Assembly: GCA_964655245.1 (NCBI GenBank)
Contig: CAZZLQ010000003.1
Coordinates: forward strand, 1,887-65,886
Direction: 5' to 3'
DNA from: an uncultured Bacteriovoracaceae bacterium
GTDB lineage: Bacteria > Bdellovibrionota > UBA2394
DNA: 64,000 nt
The notes below the pieces were generated by a model. It was not told where the DNA came from and made no database searches. It saw nothing but the letters and a program-made list of their open reading frames with translations. Position numbers and translations under genes: made by a program. Within the stretch, counting starts at the first letter, position 1. Every line of letters starts with the position of its first letter. Below are positions 10,613-23,259 of the stretch, piece after piece.

Positions 10613-11904
10613 TCTGAGGAACCTTCTCGAAGTTGATATTGCTTCATCCTAAGCTCTAGGATTCTTCGAGTTGTTCCGAGTGTCAATGCAATCTCTGTGT
10701 TGCTCTGGTCAGGAAACTTTTCCAAAGCTCGTTGAATGAGCTCCTTTTCCAGAGATTCCTTCAAAAACTCGAGGCGGTTCCAGCCGTTCTCAATAGGAAT
10801 CGTAAAAGGCAACAAGGCCTTAAGCTCTCCCAGGTCAAAGTGAATGTCCGATTCAGTAATCAGCTGAGCCTTGGCTTCGAGTGCCGCTCGCTCCAAAACC
10901 TGCTCGAGCTGTCGAACGTTGCCTGGATAGTTAAACGTCTTGAGCTTAGCCATGGCTGCTGGATGAACATCCAACTTCTTCGCCTGAAACTTAGCGGCCA
11001 ATCCCTGACAAAGGTGGCCAACGAGCGCTTCAAAATCTTCCGCCCTTTCTCGCAAAGACGGAACCTTAAGAACCATGGATGTGACAGCCTGAAACAAATC
11101 TTCTCGAAAATCACTTCGGCGCTGAAGCTCAACACCGGAACTCACCGAGCCAATCAGTCGCACCTTGCCCTCTTGAATCAAATCCCAAACCCGATCCTGA
11201 AGTCGCGTCGACAGACTCAAGACCTCCGCTACAAACAATGTGCCCGCTTTACTCAAATTTTGAGTCACAAGGGGCGAATCCTCATCATGAGCTCGACCAT
11301 CCACAGCAACAAAAGGCTTCTTTGATCTCTGAGAAGTTTCATGCATCCAACGAGCAGCTCGGCCCTTGCCAACACCTGTCTCACCCATCAAGAGGAGCGG
11401 AGTGGAAAGATCTTTGAGCTTTTCCGACTTAACCAAAAACTCCTGCATGATCCGTGAGTTACAAATCCAACCTGAGGGCATGGACCTCGATTCACCCGAC
11501 GTCAGTCCCTTGGACTGAATGGCTCTTTTCACAATCGAAAACAGATCATCATTTTCAAAAGGTTTAACCAGATACTCGAAAGCACCTTTGTGCATGGCTT
11601 CGACCGCCTGAGGGACGCTCGAAAAAGCCGTAATCACAATTACGGGGATCTCTGGTCGCTGAGCCCGAAGTCTTTCGAGAAAACTAATTCCGGACTCTTC
11701 AGGCATACAAACATCGGTAACGATGCAATCCACCGATCCCCACTTTTGAAGATATTCATCAGCCTCAGGAACCGAATAGGCCTTGAGCACTTGTCCCAAG
11801 GGCTTAAGTAAAAGCTCCAAAGAACGCACCATGGCCACTTCATCGTCAACGACCATGATGAGAGGAGACTTAGTTTTAGAGTCGGCTGACATGATCGACT
11901 CCAT
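10609..11904 (-). CDS. NtrC-family response regulator (REC + degenerate AAA+ + HTH), GAFTGA loop absent
   Basis: 431 aa; REC domain with 'MVVDDE' start; Walker A 'GETGVGKG'; C-terminal Fis-type HTH; the '[15 protein letters not shown]' segment is missing between 'PFVAVDG' and 'GTLFVAEV'. Confidence 0.75.
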   Translation of the reverse strand: MESIMSADSKTKSPLIMVVDDEVAMVRSLELLLKPLGQVLKAYSVPEADEYLQKWGSVDCIVTDVCMPEESGISFLERLRAQRPEIPVIVITAFSSVPQAVEAMHKGAFEYLVKPFENDDLFSIVKRAIQSKGLTSGESRSMPSGWICNSRIMQEFLVKSEKLKDLSTPLLLMGETGVGKGRAARWMHETSQRSKKPFVAVDGRAHDEDSPLVTQNLSKAGTLFVAEVLSLSTRLQDRVWDLIQEGKVRLIGSVSSGVELQRRSDFREDLFQAVTSMVLKVPSLRERAEDFEALVGHLCQGLAAKFQAKKLDVHPAAMAKLKTFNYPGNVRQLEQVLERAALEAKAQLITESDIHFDLGELKALLPFTIPIENGWNRLEFLKESLEKELIQRALEKFPDQSNTEIALTLGTTRRILELRMKQYQLREGSSE

Positions 11905-14116
11905 TCAAAACAAATCCCGACGAAAAAACGAGGTTAAAAGTGGCACCCTGACTACCGGGCCGACTTTCTGTTTTGATGTGCGCGTGATTTCGGTCCACAA
12001 ACGACATCACTTGAGCGAGTCCTAGACCCGTGCCCGACGGCTTGGTTGTCACGAAGGGCTTAAAGATATCGACGTTCTTGGGAAGGCCAGGCCCCTTATC
12101 CGTCACCTCAATGCTAAACTGATCTCCATTCAACAAAAGCGTGACCTTTACCCAAGGGCTCCCCACTTCAAAAGCGTTCATCACAAGATTAAGCAAGGCT
12201 TGTCGGAAACTTTCCTTCTCCGTCCACAAAATCAACGCGTCAGTGTCTGCAAATCCGCGGCGCTCCATCACCAGCTCGCGATCTGGGAATCGGCTCTCAC
12301 ACTGATCCTTGAGATAGTAAAGAATCTCATCCAGCAGCACTTTCTCTTTGTGCTCAACCTTACCGGATTGATCAAAGATCCCCTGCACGGTGGAGGTCAC
12401 TCGCTTGACTTCGTTTTGGATGGTCTCCACAAGCTCTTCGGCCTCTTCGTCAGCCTTGAGACGATTTTTTAAAAGTCCCGAGCAGACTTTGATAATGGCG
12501 AGAGGGTTTTTAAGCTCATGGGCAAGAAGCGCCTGCATTCGCCCCACAGCGAGTAAGCCCTGCTGAAGAGCGATGAACTCTCGCAAGGCCAAAGCCTCTA
12601 GGCATCGCGAAAGCAAAATCAAAACCTCAGCCCACTCAGGAGAAGTGGCAGGGTCAAATGCGAGCTGATCGCCCCCATCAAAGTGAATCTCACCGATCGC
12701 CACATCCCCGCGCATGAGAATGTTTCGATAAAGTCCCTCTTTGATCCGACTACTTTGCGGATACAGATGTCCGGATTCAAACGTCCAGATTTCCTCGTTC
12801 TCCGCCGTCCAAGCTCGGGTGGGGTCTTTGAAAAATCGAATCTGAAGATCCTTCATCGCTAAAAATGTTTCACAGTGCGCAAAAAATTTATTCAAAAACT
12901 CTTCAAGAGAGTGAGCCTCTTCAAAGAAGGTGTTGACCGGGGGGTACTTCACTTTGGTTTTGATCAAGGTGTGAATACTCTCTTCAATCCAATTGGAGAC
13001 GGGGCGAGCCAAAGCGATCACGACGATGGAAATCGCCACCCACAGCATCCAATGATCTCGCGAGTTGCTAAACCACGACGACCAACCCAATCCCACAAGA
13101 AGTGCAAAACTCGCAGCCACCGTAATCAAGGCAATTTGATGCAGACCTCGTCGAAATGCTCGCTCAATCTCAAGCACGTTAGACTTCAAGAAAATAGCCA
13201 AGAACGCAGAGGGGAAAATCAAAGAGATGGCGAGGATCCTCTCGATGGAAATCCGTGGGCCCTCCCAAACAAATGCGACGAAGATTCCTGAGACGGCAAG
13301 AAAGCTCACAAACAAAACAACACTCAAAAGACGGGCACGTCTTCGAGCCCAGAAATCTCTTGAGGTAAAAACTGTGTTCCCAAAAATCCCCAGCGCGAGA
13401 ATGAAACAAACCGCCACAAAGTACATATGGAAATCCTCGAGCGATCGAAAGCTGGAAAGAACAGCGGCAACACCGTATCCACCCCCCAGAACGAGACGAC
13501 GAAGCCAAGGCTGACCCTTCTGCTTGGGATAAGACATCGACAGATGCACGAGGGCAAAACTCAACAGCGGAACAACGAGTGAAAGCCCAATAGGCGCCCC
13601 AAAGGTCAACATGGGAAAGAGTCCCAGGAAAACTAAGCTCAGCAACATACATAAACTTGAGAAGACAACAATGGCTTCACGATTGGTTCGATTCGCCCCT
13701 CGCTGCAAAAGCACACCAATGGCGAAACTCAAAAAAATCAAAGATAGGGCCAGCGGAATCACAAAAAGCGTGAGAACGGATTGACGTGAGTGTCGCTTCA
13801 ACTTGGTCGAAACAATCTGCTCCGCGCCCTGACGCTCGATGGTGATTTTGACAATATCGCCAGACTTCTTACCTTTAAGAAAATCGCGAACACTTTTGAG
13901 ACTTAAGGGGCGTCCCTCGACAGCAACCACTCGATCGCCGGGCTGTAAAATCTGAGGTTTATGGAACCATTCCTCGTATTGAACAACGGAAACACGACCG
14001 TTAGGCCCGGAGAAGAAATCAAATCGCGCGGACTTTTGGTTGTGAGTGAAATAATAGCTCGACCAGGCCGCCACAAGACCCCAAACAACAACGACGGCTA
14101 GAACTCTCCACCTCAT
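11876..14116 (-). CDS. sensor histidine kinase with N-terminal periplasmic PDZ domain and multi-TM region
   Basis: 746 aa; PDZ-like 'GDRVVAVEGRPL...GDIVKITIERQG'; at least 8 hydrophobic segments; H-box 'HELKNPLAII'; HATPase G-boxes 'DKGPGLP', 'GTGLGL'; overlaps the downstream response regulator. Confidence 0.75.
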   Translation of the reverse strand: MRWRVLAVVVVWGLVAAWSSYYFTHNQKSARFDFFSGPNGRVSVVQYEEWFHKPQILQPGDRVVAVEGRPLSLKSVRDFLKGKKSGDIVKITIERQGAEQIVSTKLKRHSRQSVLTLFVIPLALSLIFLSFAIGVLLQRGANRTNREAIVVFSSLCMLLSLVFLGLFPMLTFGAPIGLSLVVPLLSFALVHLSMSYPKQKGQPWLRRLVLGGGYGVAAVLSSFRSLEDFHMYFVAVCFILALGIFGNTVFTSRDFWARRRARLLSVVLFVSFLAVSGIFVAFVWEGPRISIERILAISLIFPSAFLAIFLKSNVLEIERAFRRGLHQIALITVAASFALLVGLGWSSWFSNSRDHWMLWVAISIVVIALARPVSNWIEESIHTLIKTKVKYPPVNTFFEEAHSLEEFLNKFFAHCETFLAMKDLQIRFFKDPTRAWTAENEEIWTFESGHLYPQSSRIKEGLYRNILMRGDVAIGEIHFDGGDQLAFDPATSPEWAEVLILLSRCLEALALREFIALQQGLLAVGRMQALLAHELKNPLAIIKVCSGLLKNRLKADEEAEELVETIQNEVKRVTSTVQGIFDQSGKVEHKEKVLLDEILYYLKDQCESRFPDRELVMERRGFADTDALILWTEKESFRQALLNLVMNAFEVGSPWVKVTLLLNGDQFSIEVTDKGPGLPKNVDIFKPFVTTKPSGTGLGLAQVMSFVDRNHAHIKTESRPGSQGATFNLVFSSGFVLNGVDHVSRL

Positions 14117-14142
14117 GATGCGCCTCTCTATATAATGCGCCT

Positions 14143-16122
14143 CTATAGAAAATGATAGGGATCTCGATCAAGCTTTACCTTGGCGTTGAGGGGCTTACTG
14201 TCGATGGCATCAAGAACTGAGGTTATAAGGGCTGTAGTCGGCGTTTTGGTGTCCGAGCGGCTCAAAATCTGGTAGCGATAGTAACCTTTCCAGCGACTTA
14301 AGGGGGCTGGAGTGGGACCCCGATTAAACAGCTTATAAGCAGTCCCCATGCGGTCTAGAGAGTTTTTAAGCGTTTCCGCAGATTGGCGTACCACGGACTC
14401 GGATTTGTGACTGAGGGTCCAGAGCGTGAGCTTTTTGTACGGTGGAAGCTCTGCGACCCAGCGAACAGCCAGCTCTCCTTGGGCAAACTTCTCAAAGGCA
14501 TCATCCCCTTCAAGTGAAGCAAAGAGTGGGTGGTCTTTTTGGAAAGTCTGAATAATGAAGCGAGAGTCCTGACCTCGCCGCCCCACTCGCCCGCGCAACT
14601 GCTTAAGCAGCTGAAAGCTTCTCTCCATTCCTCGAAAGTCTGGAACTCCCCAACCTTGATCAGCCAGGATCACACCCAACAAAGAAAGTTTAGGAATATC
14701 GATCCCTTTGGAAATCATTTGCGTGCCGATCAAGATATCGATTTTGCCTTGAGCAAACTTATCAATCACTTCGGCCAATTTGTTGGTCTGTGCCGTTTCA
14801 TCTCGGTCAAGACGCGCTACTCGTGCGTCAGGGAATCGAGCCTTGATCTGCATTTCAACTTCTTTGGTCCCGATGCCGCCCTCAAAAAACTCTTTGTGGC
14901 CGCAAGATCGACAAGGCTGTGAGAGCTTTTGCTGAAAGCCGCACCAATGACAAATCGCAACTCCTCGATCCCGATGCACCGTCAACGTGGTACTGCAATG
15001 CTGACAGTTGGTTTCCTGTCCACAGCTTGTGCAAAGACGCTGGGAAGCTGAGCCTCGGCGATTGAGGAACAGCAAGCTTTGCTCCCCCTTGGTGAGATTC
15101 TCAATGAGGGCCTCGTGCAAAACGGGAGAGATAAAAGATTTATCCCGATCCTTAAACTGGGCCTTGAGATCCACGACTTCTTGTTTGATGTCTGGCGTTT
15201 TGAAAAAAGGTTTGAGGCGATGAATGGGAAGATTTTGAGATTTCATTCGCTCATAGGTTTCAAGGCTCGGGGTCGCAGACCCCATGACAATTGGAATGCG
15301 AAGCATCTGAGCCTTCCAAATGGCAAGGTCTCTTGCGTTGTAACAACCGCGCTCGTTTTGTTTGTAGGAATTATCGTGTTCTTCATCGACAACAATGGTC
15401 TGAAGATTTTTGTAGGGCAAAAACAATGCCGATCGCGTTCCCAAAAAGATTCCAGGCTTACCCGAGGCAGCGAGAGCAAAACACTCTTCGCGACGCGACT
15501 CTTTGAGCTGGGAGTGAAACACACTGACCTCAGCACCGAGTCGCTCTTTCATTCGCTGCTCAAACTGAGGAGTCAGAGCGATCTCAGGAACCAAAAACAA
15601 GGCCTGGCCACCGCGCTCATAAATCTTCTTGAAAACATGGAGATAGACTTCTGTCTTTCCACTCCCCGTTTCTCCCAGCAACAGATGCTGAGTGAAATCC
15701 TGCTTCGAAAGCACATCTTCAACGACTGCGTTTTGCTGAGGTGAGAGATCCAAAAGATTGAACTTAAAGTTTTTGGGCTCAACTTCTTTGAGCGGTTTTC
15801 CATCGGCGACACGCTTTGGAATCGAAAAATTCAAAAGCTCCCCAAGCGAAACACCGTAGTAGTCACTCGCCTTTTGATAGAACTCAAGATCCTTGGCACC
15901 AAACATCGGCGCTTGATCGAGAATCTTGGTGATACGCTTAAGACCCTTGGGTTCTGCAAAAGCAGTTCGCCAGACAACTCCCAAAACCTCTCGACGTCCA
16001 AACGGAACGCGCACACGAGTTCCCTGAGTGAGAGGAACGTCCGACTCGTAAGTGAACAAGCGGCGAAGCGGAGAGCGAACGGCGACTTCAACTAGGCTTC
16101 GAGACAAAGAGACCTCGATCAC
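14143..16122 (-). CDS. priA: primosomal protein N' (replication restart helicase PriA)
   Basis: 659 aa; Walker A 'GETGSGKT', 'DEEHD' box, 4-Cys zinc-binding region '[20 protein letters not shown]...CHWCG', the PriA hallmark. Confidence 0.9.
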   Translation of the reverse strand: MIEVSLSRSLVEVAVRSPLRRLFTYESDVPLTQGTRVRVPFGRREVLGVVWRTAFAEPKGLKRITKILDQAPMFGAKDLEFYQKASDYYGVSLGELLNFSIPKRVADGKPLKEVEPKNFKFNLLDLSPQQNAVVEDVLSKQDFTQHLLLGETGSGKTEVYLHVFKKIYERGGQALFLVPEIALTPQFEQRMKERLGAEVSVFHSQLKESRREECFALAASGKPGIFLGTRSALFLPYKNLQTIVVDEEHDNSYKQNERGCYNARDLAIWKAQMLRIPIVMGSATPSLETYERMKSQNLPIHRLKPFFKTPDIKQEVVDLKAQFKDRDKSFISPVLHEALIENLTKGEQSLLFLNRRGSASQRLCTSCGQETNCQHCSTTLTVHRDRGVAICHWCGFQQKLSQPCRSCGHKEFFEGGIGTKEVEMQIKARFPDARVARLDRDETAQTNKLAEVIDKFAQGKIDILIGTQMISKGIDIPKLSLLGVILADQGWGVPDFRGMERSFQLLKQLRGRVGRRGQDSRFIIQTFQKDHPLFASLEGDDAFEKFAQGELAVRWVAELPPYKKLTLWTLSHKSESVVRQSAETLKNSLDRMGTAYKLFNRGPTPAPLSRWKGYYRYQILSRSDTKTPTTALITSVLDAIDSKPLNAKVKLDRDPYHFL

Positions 16123-17756
16123 ACTTCCCGCATCGGAATGCGAACTTTGGTTTTGGCCGCGTAATCAATGGCTTCTTGATAGCCTGCATCCACATGGCGA
16201 ATCACGCCCATGCCCGGATCGGATGTCAGCGTTCTCTCCAGTCGTGCGTCGGCATCGGCGGAGCCATCGGCCACGATCACAACTCCTGAGTGCTGAGAGT
16301 ATCCCATGCCTACTCCCCCGCCGTGATGAAAACTCACCCATGAAGCCCCATTGGCTGTGGCGATCATGGCATTAAGAATCGGCCAATCACTGACAGCGTC
16401 ACTGCCGTCCTTCATGGCTTCGGTTTCGCGGTTGGGTGAAGCAACTGAGCCGCAATCCAGATGATCGCGACCAATCACGATCGGAGCTTTGACTTTTTTG
16501 GTGCGCACAAGCTCGTTGAACATCAAACCCGCTTTGGCGCGCTCACCGTATTTGAGCCAGCAGATTCGAGCCGGCAAGCCTTGGAACTGCACGCGTTTGC
16601 CTGCTTCTTCGAGCCATCGATGCAATCGATGGTGATCGGGGAAAAGCTTGATGAGAGCTTGATCGGTAACTTTGATATCTTCGGGATCTCCGGAAAGCGC
16701 TACCCACCGAAACGGACCATTGCCTTCACAAAACATCGGGCGAATAAAGGCAGGCACAAAGCCCGGATACGCAAAGGCGTCTTTGTATCCCGCTTCCAAA
16801 GCATGTCCGCGTAAGTTATTGCCGTAATCAAACACAATGCTGCCGCGTTTTTGGAACTCCACCATGGCTTGGCAATGTTTGACCATGGTCTGCAAACTCA
16901 TCTCTTTGTATCGAGTGGGATTCCTGCGAGCCTCAGCAAGAGACTTCATGTCAACGCCTTCGGGAACGTAGCCGTAGACAGGATCGTGAGCTGACGTTTG
17001 ATCCGTCACCATGGGTGGCAGAACATTGCGCTTAAGCAGCTCATGATAAACCGTGGCCGCATTGCCGACGAGACCGACTGAGATGGGCTTTCGGCTTTGG
17101 GTGGCTTCGTTGATCCATTTCAGCGCTTCATCCAAGGAGTGAGTCATTTTGTCGAGATACTTGGTGTCGAGTCGCTTTTGAATTCGAGAGGGATCGACAT
17201 CCACGCCCAGAAAACTTGCGCCCGCAATGACAGCGGCCAGAGGCTGAGCTCCACCCATTCCTCCTAAACCACCAGAGAGAATCCATTTGTTGGTCAGGTC
17301 GCCATTGAAGTGCTTTCGACCACACTCAGCAAAAGTTTCGTAAGTGCCCTGCAAAATTCCCTGGGTCCCGATATAGATCCAAGAGCCTGCGGTCATTTGG
17401 CCGTACATCATGAGACCTTTGGCTTCGAGCTCATCAAAGTGCTGCCACGTGGACCAGCGCGGAACCAAGTTGGAGTTGGCAAGCAAAACGCGAGGAGCAT
17501 CTTTGTGAGATTTAAAAATCCCAACGGGCTTACCGGATTGCACAAGCAAGGTTTCATCGGAATCCAAATTCTGAAGCGACTTAATGATGGCCTCAAGAGC
17601 TTTGGGATTTCGAGCCGCTTTTCCCCGGCCTCCGTAAACCACGAGGTCTTCGGGTCTTTCGGCCACCTCGGGATCTAAGTTGTTTTGAAGCATTCTCAAA
17701 GCTGCTTCTTGAATCCATCCTTTACAGTGAAGTTCCGTTCCTCGATATGCGCGCAT
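16119..17756 (-). CDS. hutU: urocanate hydratase
   Basis: 545 aa; strongly conserved urocanase sequence throughout (e.g. '[14 protein letters not shown]', NAD-binding region). Confidence 0.9.
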   Translation of the reverse strand: MRAYRGTELHCKGWIQEAALRMLQNNLDPEVAERPEDLVVYGGRGKAARNPKALEAIIKSLQNLDSDETLLVQSGKPVGIFKSHKDAPRVLLANSNLVPRWSTWQHFDELEAKGLMMYGQMTAGSWIYIGTQGILQGTYETFAECGRKHFNGDLTNKWILSGGLGGMGGAQPLAAVIAGASFLGVDVDPSRIQKRLDTKYLDKMTHSLDEALKWINEATQSRKPISVGLVGNAATVYHELLKRNVLPPMVTDQTSAHDPVYGYVPEGVDMKSLAEARRNPTRYKEMSLQTMVKHCQAMVEFQKRGSIVFDYGNNLRGHALEAGYKDAFAYPGFVPAFIRPMFCEGNGPFRWVALSGDPEDIKVTDQALIKLFPDHHRLHRWLEEAGKRVQFQGLPARICWLKYGERAKAGLMFNELVRTKKVKAPIVIGRDHLDCGSVASPNRETEAMKDGSDAVSDWPILNAMIATANGASWVSFHHGGGVGMGYSQHSGVVIVADGSADADARLERTLTSDPGMGVIRHVDAGYQEAIDYAAKTKVRIPMREV

Positions 17757-17797
17757 AAGTCAGTTTTGGCATAGATCGAGGGGGGCCGTCACCAGAC

Positions 17798-17833
17798 AAA
17801 AAAAGACCCCGATGCCTAAGAGGCAGCGGGGTC
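17798..17833 (-). terminator. rho-independent terminator (minus strand) after the TIGR02147-like gene
   Basis: Inverted repeat GACCCCG(17805-17811)/CGGGGTC(17827-17833), followed on the minus strand by T7 (plus-strand A-run 17798-17804). Confidence 0.6.
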
Positions 17834-18065
17834 GAGGTTGAGGCGGCACTGTTGATATTTGCTTTTTCAGTGTTGAGCCACCACGCCGGCAGCCAACGCT
17901 GACAAGAGAGTGCGAGGAGTGAGCCAATTGAGCTCTTGAGAATAAACGGAGGATAAACGCCTCCGAAGTGAGCACCCATCAAGGTCTTTAAAAAATGCGG
18001 ACAATCCCGGCAAGAAGCGGCAATCCTCGTCTCAGGATCTTTCAATTGAGGGCTGCCGAGTTTGA

Positions 18066-18959
18066 CTACTTGGTGAGAGGAAACATCTGAAGATTGATCT
18101 GATAAACCCGGTTGTGAGAGGGCTTCACTTGACCGTACTTCTGAAACACGCGGCGACGAAACTCCGTCACTTCCTGCTTGAGCTGATCGAGCTCATCATC
18201 CCCCAAGGTGATCGTCATCCCCGTGATCTCTCGCAGGGAAACGGCAACAAGGTCCTGGGCCTCTTGGGCCTTCTTCATCATCGCTCGATGAAACTCAGGA
18301 ATCAGAGCTGAGATATCCGTGACATCATCCGTCTCCACTGTGGGCTCAGACTGCACAACATGAGAGCCCTCTGATCGAATGAGACCGAGACTGAACAGGG
18401 TTTTCAGCGCCTGAGCCACTTCCAGCGCGGTGACCTTGCCAGCAAGCCGTGAAGCAATCCATTGAGGATCCATTTTAAAATCCGACAAACCCACCATTTC
18501 TCGAATCACAGGATAGTACCAATTCGTAAAATAGGAATACTGCTGCTCTTTGAGCTTGGTTTTTTTGCGATGTAGACGCTCATCCAAAATCCTATGCTTG
18601 AGACCCTCTTTGACCGACCCATCGGAAAGGGTTTCCAGTAAAACCAAATCTAAAAATGCTTTGGATTCCACCTTGTTCAAAGCAAATCCCTGAGCCAACT
18701 TCCGCGCCACCTTCTCGGACAAAGCAATCCGACCTGAGACGATATTGTGAATGTGACCTGAACTCGACATTCCGATTTCTTTGGAAAACTTGCGGAAGCT
18801 AAATCCGGTTTGAGACTGTTGAAGATGATTCAAACGAGCACTGACAAAAGATCGAGCATCAACAAAGTCAAAAACGCTTGGTTCGGTGAGATTGAGTGAT
18901 TCAACAGCCTGAGCTCTCATAACGCACCTCCCTGGCCGCTCAAGTCTACTCCCAAGCAA
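18066..18959 (-). CDS. TIGR02147-family (Bdellovibrio/Fibrobacter-type) HTH protein; probable true start at ATG 18920
   Basis: N-terminal 'VFDFVDARSFVSARLNHLQQSQTGFSFRKFSKEIGMSS' matches the characteristic TIGR02147 N-terminal pattern (YxDYRxFLxDYY...FSxRxFAxKAGxxS-like); ATG at 18920-18918 overlaps the upstream TGA (ATGA coupling). Confidence 0.55.
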   Translation of the reverse strand: MLGSRLERPGRCVMRAQAVESLNLTEPSVFDFVDARSFVSARLNHLQQSQTGFSFRKFSKEIGMSSSGHIHNIVSGRIALSEKVARKLAQGFALNKVESKAFLDLVLLETLSDGSVKEGLKHRILDERLHRKKTKLKEQQYSYFTNWYYPVIREMVGLSDFKMDPQWIASRLAGKVTALEVAQALKTLFSLGLIRSEGSHVVQSEPTVETDDVTDISALIPEFHRAMMKKAQEAQDLVAVSLREITGMTITLGDDELDQLKQEVTEFRRRVFQKYGQVKPSHNRVYQINLQMFPLTK

Positions 18960-19549
18960 TTGAGCACAATCGCCACATCAAACTGGTCAACGAACTGATC
19001 CTGATTGATGTCCCCTCGAGAATCACCAAAAGAGAAATAGGAATTGATGATTGCAAGATCGGCTCCCGTGATTGATTGATCTTGATCTAAGTCAGCCGCT
19101 TCACACTTCTGCTGTCCAACAGGTTGCCGTGGTCCCACAGACCCTCCATAGGGTCGGCACTCAAACGTATCGAAGGATGGATAGTCCGCGGCATTGAAGC
19201 TAACCGCTGCGCCAACCTGCCGACTCAAAAAGATCCATTGTTCAATAGTGGTCAAACCATAAAGCTCAATCCCAAGGGGCCAGCTCTCTGGAGGGGTTCC
19301 TTCAGCAGGATAGAAATGACATGTGATGAAATCCCCAGCTCTTGTCATCACCATGCTTCCGGGGGAATTCCCCACAAAGGTCCCACCGTTTCCAAATTTG
19401 TCTTCTAAACTCCAGTCAGAGTTGGAGTCCGCAGACCCAGCTGGCGAGAATTCCGAAGCACAGCCAGAAACGATCAAGGAAAAAACAATCAGATGAAAAA
19501 ATGATTTAGAGAAAACATCCCACACGCCCATACCGGGACAAGAGAGCAA
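18917..19549 (-). CDS. secreted hypothetical protein with C-terminal dockerin/EF-hand-like Asp-rich calcium-binding repeats
   Basis: 210 aa; signal peptide with lipobox-like 'IVSGCAS'; C-terminal 'DLDQDQSITGADLAIINSYF...GDINQDQFVDQFDVAIVLNCLGV' resembles paired dockerin-type Ca-binding loops. Confidence 0.4.
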   Translation of the reverse strand: MLSCPGMGVWDVFSKSFFHLIVFSLIVSGCASEFSPAGSADSNSDWSLEDKFGNGGTFVGNSPGSMVMTRAGDFITCHFYPAEGTPPESWPLGIELYGLTTIEQWIFLSRQVGAAVSFNAADYPSFDTFECRPYGGSVGPRQPVGQQKCEAADLDQDQSITGADLAIINSYFSFGDSRGDINQDQFVDQFDVAIVLNCLGVDLSGQGGAL

Positions 19550-19604
19550 GGGATGTGCCAGAGCGATTCGGCTCTAAAGCCTTAAGAACCGCATCGAGAG
19601 ACCG

Positions 19605-19641
19605 TCAAAACCCTGACTCCGAAAGAGATGTGGAGTCAGGG
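19605..19641 (-). terminator. hairpin terminator (minus strand) downstream of katG
   Basis: Perfect 10-bp inverted repeat CCCTGACTCC(19611-19620)/GGAGTCAGGG(19632-19641), 11-nt loop; minus-strand hairpin followed by TTTTGAC. Confidence 0.5.
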
Positions 19642-19670
19642 TCTGACGATTCAAGGTCTGTTTAGATTAA

Positions 19671-22001
<2,331 letters not shown>

Positions 22002-22055
22002 TTAGAAAAGCAGCAAAAAGTTGCTGTGCTTAGTACCTTTGTGCGAGCGGCAATC

Positions 22056-22997
22056 TCAACGATCTTTGACGATCAACCGGAGCGGCTCAAGGCCCACGTT
22101 CGTAAACTCATCCTTGCAAAGAAATCCAGAGAGGTTTTTCACGCTGATCGCCACTTGCAAGCTTGAGATTGCCTCCCTCCCCCTGGCAAGAGCTCCCGTG
22201 ACGCTGATATGGCGCTCAGTATCATCAGGATTTTCGGCAAAGAAGTCTGTCTCGTTTGAAAGTTGTCCGACAGCTTGCACCCCTTGAAATCGAGCGCCAA
22301 CAGTCCCAGGAGTATTATTGGCTTCAGACACGAACTCCAGGATCTCTAACTCAATTGAGTCGCCAACGACACGGGTTCTTAGCGTGACTCGATACGGACT
22401 ATGATCCGAACCGTCACAGCTGCTGAGCAGTTTCACTTGGCCCGAAAAAGTCGATGTGACCCCCGCCGACTGTGAGGAGTTTATCTTCTCAACGAGGTTT
22501 TGAGCATTTCTTCGCACCTTCGCGTCCGCATCAGTTTGAGCAATTTCCTCGAGAGTGGCGAGTGCAGGAGAGGCAACCTCACTCATGCTCGAAAGAGTCT
22601 TGATCGCTTGGCGGCGAAGAATCGGGTCAGATGACTTCAGAGCTTTGGTGAGAGCAAGAACAGCCGAGGGCTCTCGAGTTCCAAGTTTGCGGAGCGCAAT
22701 GGCCGCCTCCGTGCGACTTTGAGTTGATGCACTGAGCTCAAGGCTGTCGATCAATTGGGGAACGACCTTAGAAGCATTCCTTCGTAGTTCTTTGCAGGCT
22801 TTTTTGCTAACGGGGGAAGTGGAACCAACACAGTCCGAGACAAGCTTCTGGGGCTCCTTGTCCAGGATCTGCTCCCCACGCACCTGACTCAATCGAGCTT
22901 CCTCAATGATAGCTAACGGCTCTTCCGTCTCCGGGCCGCGGCACTCGCCCGATTTAGGTTGAATGGAAACTAAAAAAGATAAAGCGATAAGAATCAC
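22056..22997 (-). CDS. HEAT-repeat protein (secreted)
   Basis: 313 aa; signal peptide; repeated 'xxVRxxAxxALxxLG' HEAT/PBS-lyase-like helices. Confidence 0.5.
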   Translation of the reverse strand: MILIALSFLVSIQPKSGECRGPETEEPLAIIEEARLSQVRGEQILDKEPQKLVSDCVGSTSPVSKKACKELRRNASKVVPQLIDSLELSASTQSRTEAAIALRKLGTREPSAVLALTKALKSSDPILRRQAIKTLSSMSEVASPALATLEEIAQTDADAKVRRNAQNLVEKINSSQSAGVTSTFSGQVKLLSSCDGSDHSPYRVTLRTRVVGDSIELEILEFVSEANNTPGTVGARFQGVQAVGQLSNETDFFAENPDDTERHISVTGALARGREAISSLQVAISVKNLSGFLCKDEFTNVGLEPLRLIVKDR

Positions 22998-23259
22998 GGG
23001 TTCTCCTTTTTGAAACAGTAGCCGAGTAAGCGCACATGTGCCGAGGAGGTTGCAAGTGGTATGCCATTCAAAGTTTGTTTTGTGATGGACAGCTTAAGTA
23101 AAGGAACTTTCAATCACTTACACTCGAGCACTCGAAAAGAAGGAAAACATCGCTCTCTTCGAAACTGCGGCAAGTTGGCCTCAGGAGGCACGCCAGAGTC
23201 TCAGAGTCTGCGTTACGTTCTTGTGGCATGCTCGGCGCTGAAGATTCCCCAAGGAATGC

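Noticed and set aside
17722-18045. 107-aa ORF spanning the hutU/TIGR02147 intergenic region
   Set aside because: It overlaps a clear rho-independent terminator and the hutU start region; it has low-complexity, Ala/Ser/Pro-rich composition and no motif. Likely spurious.
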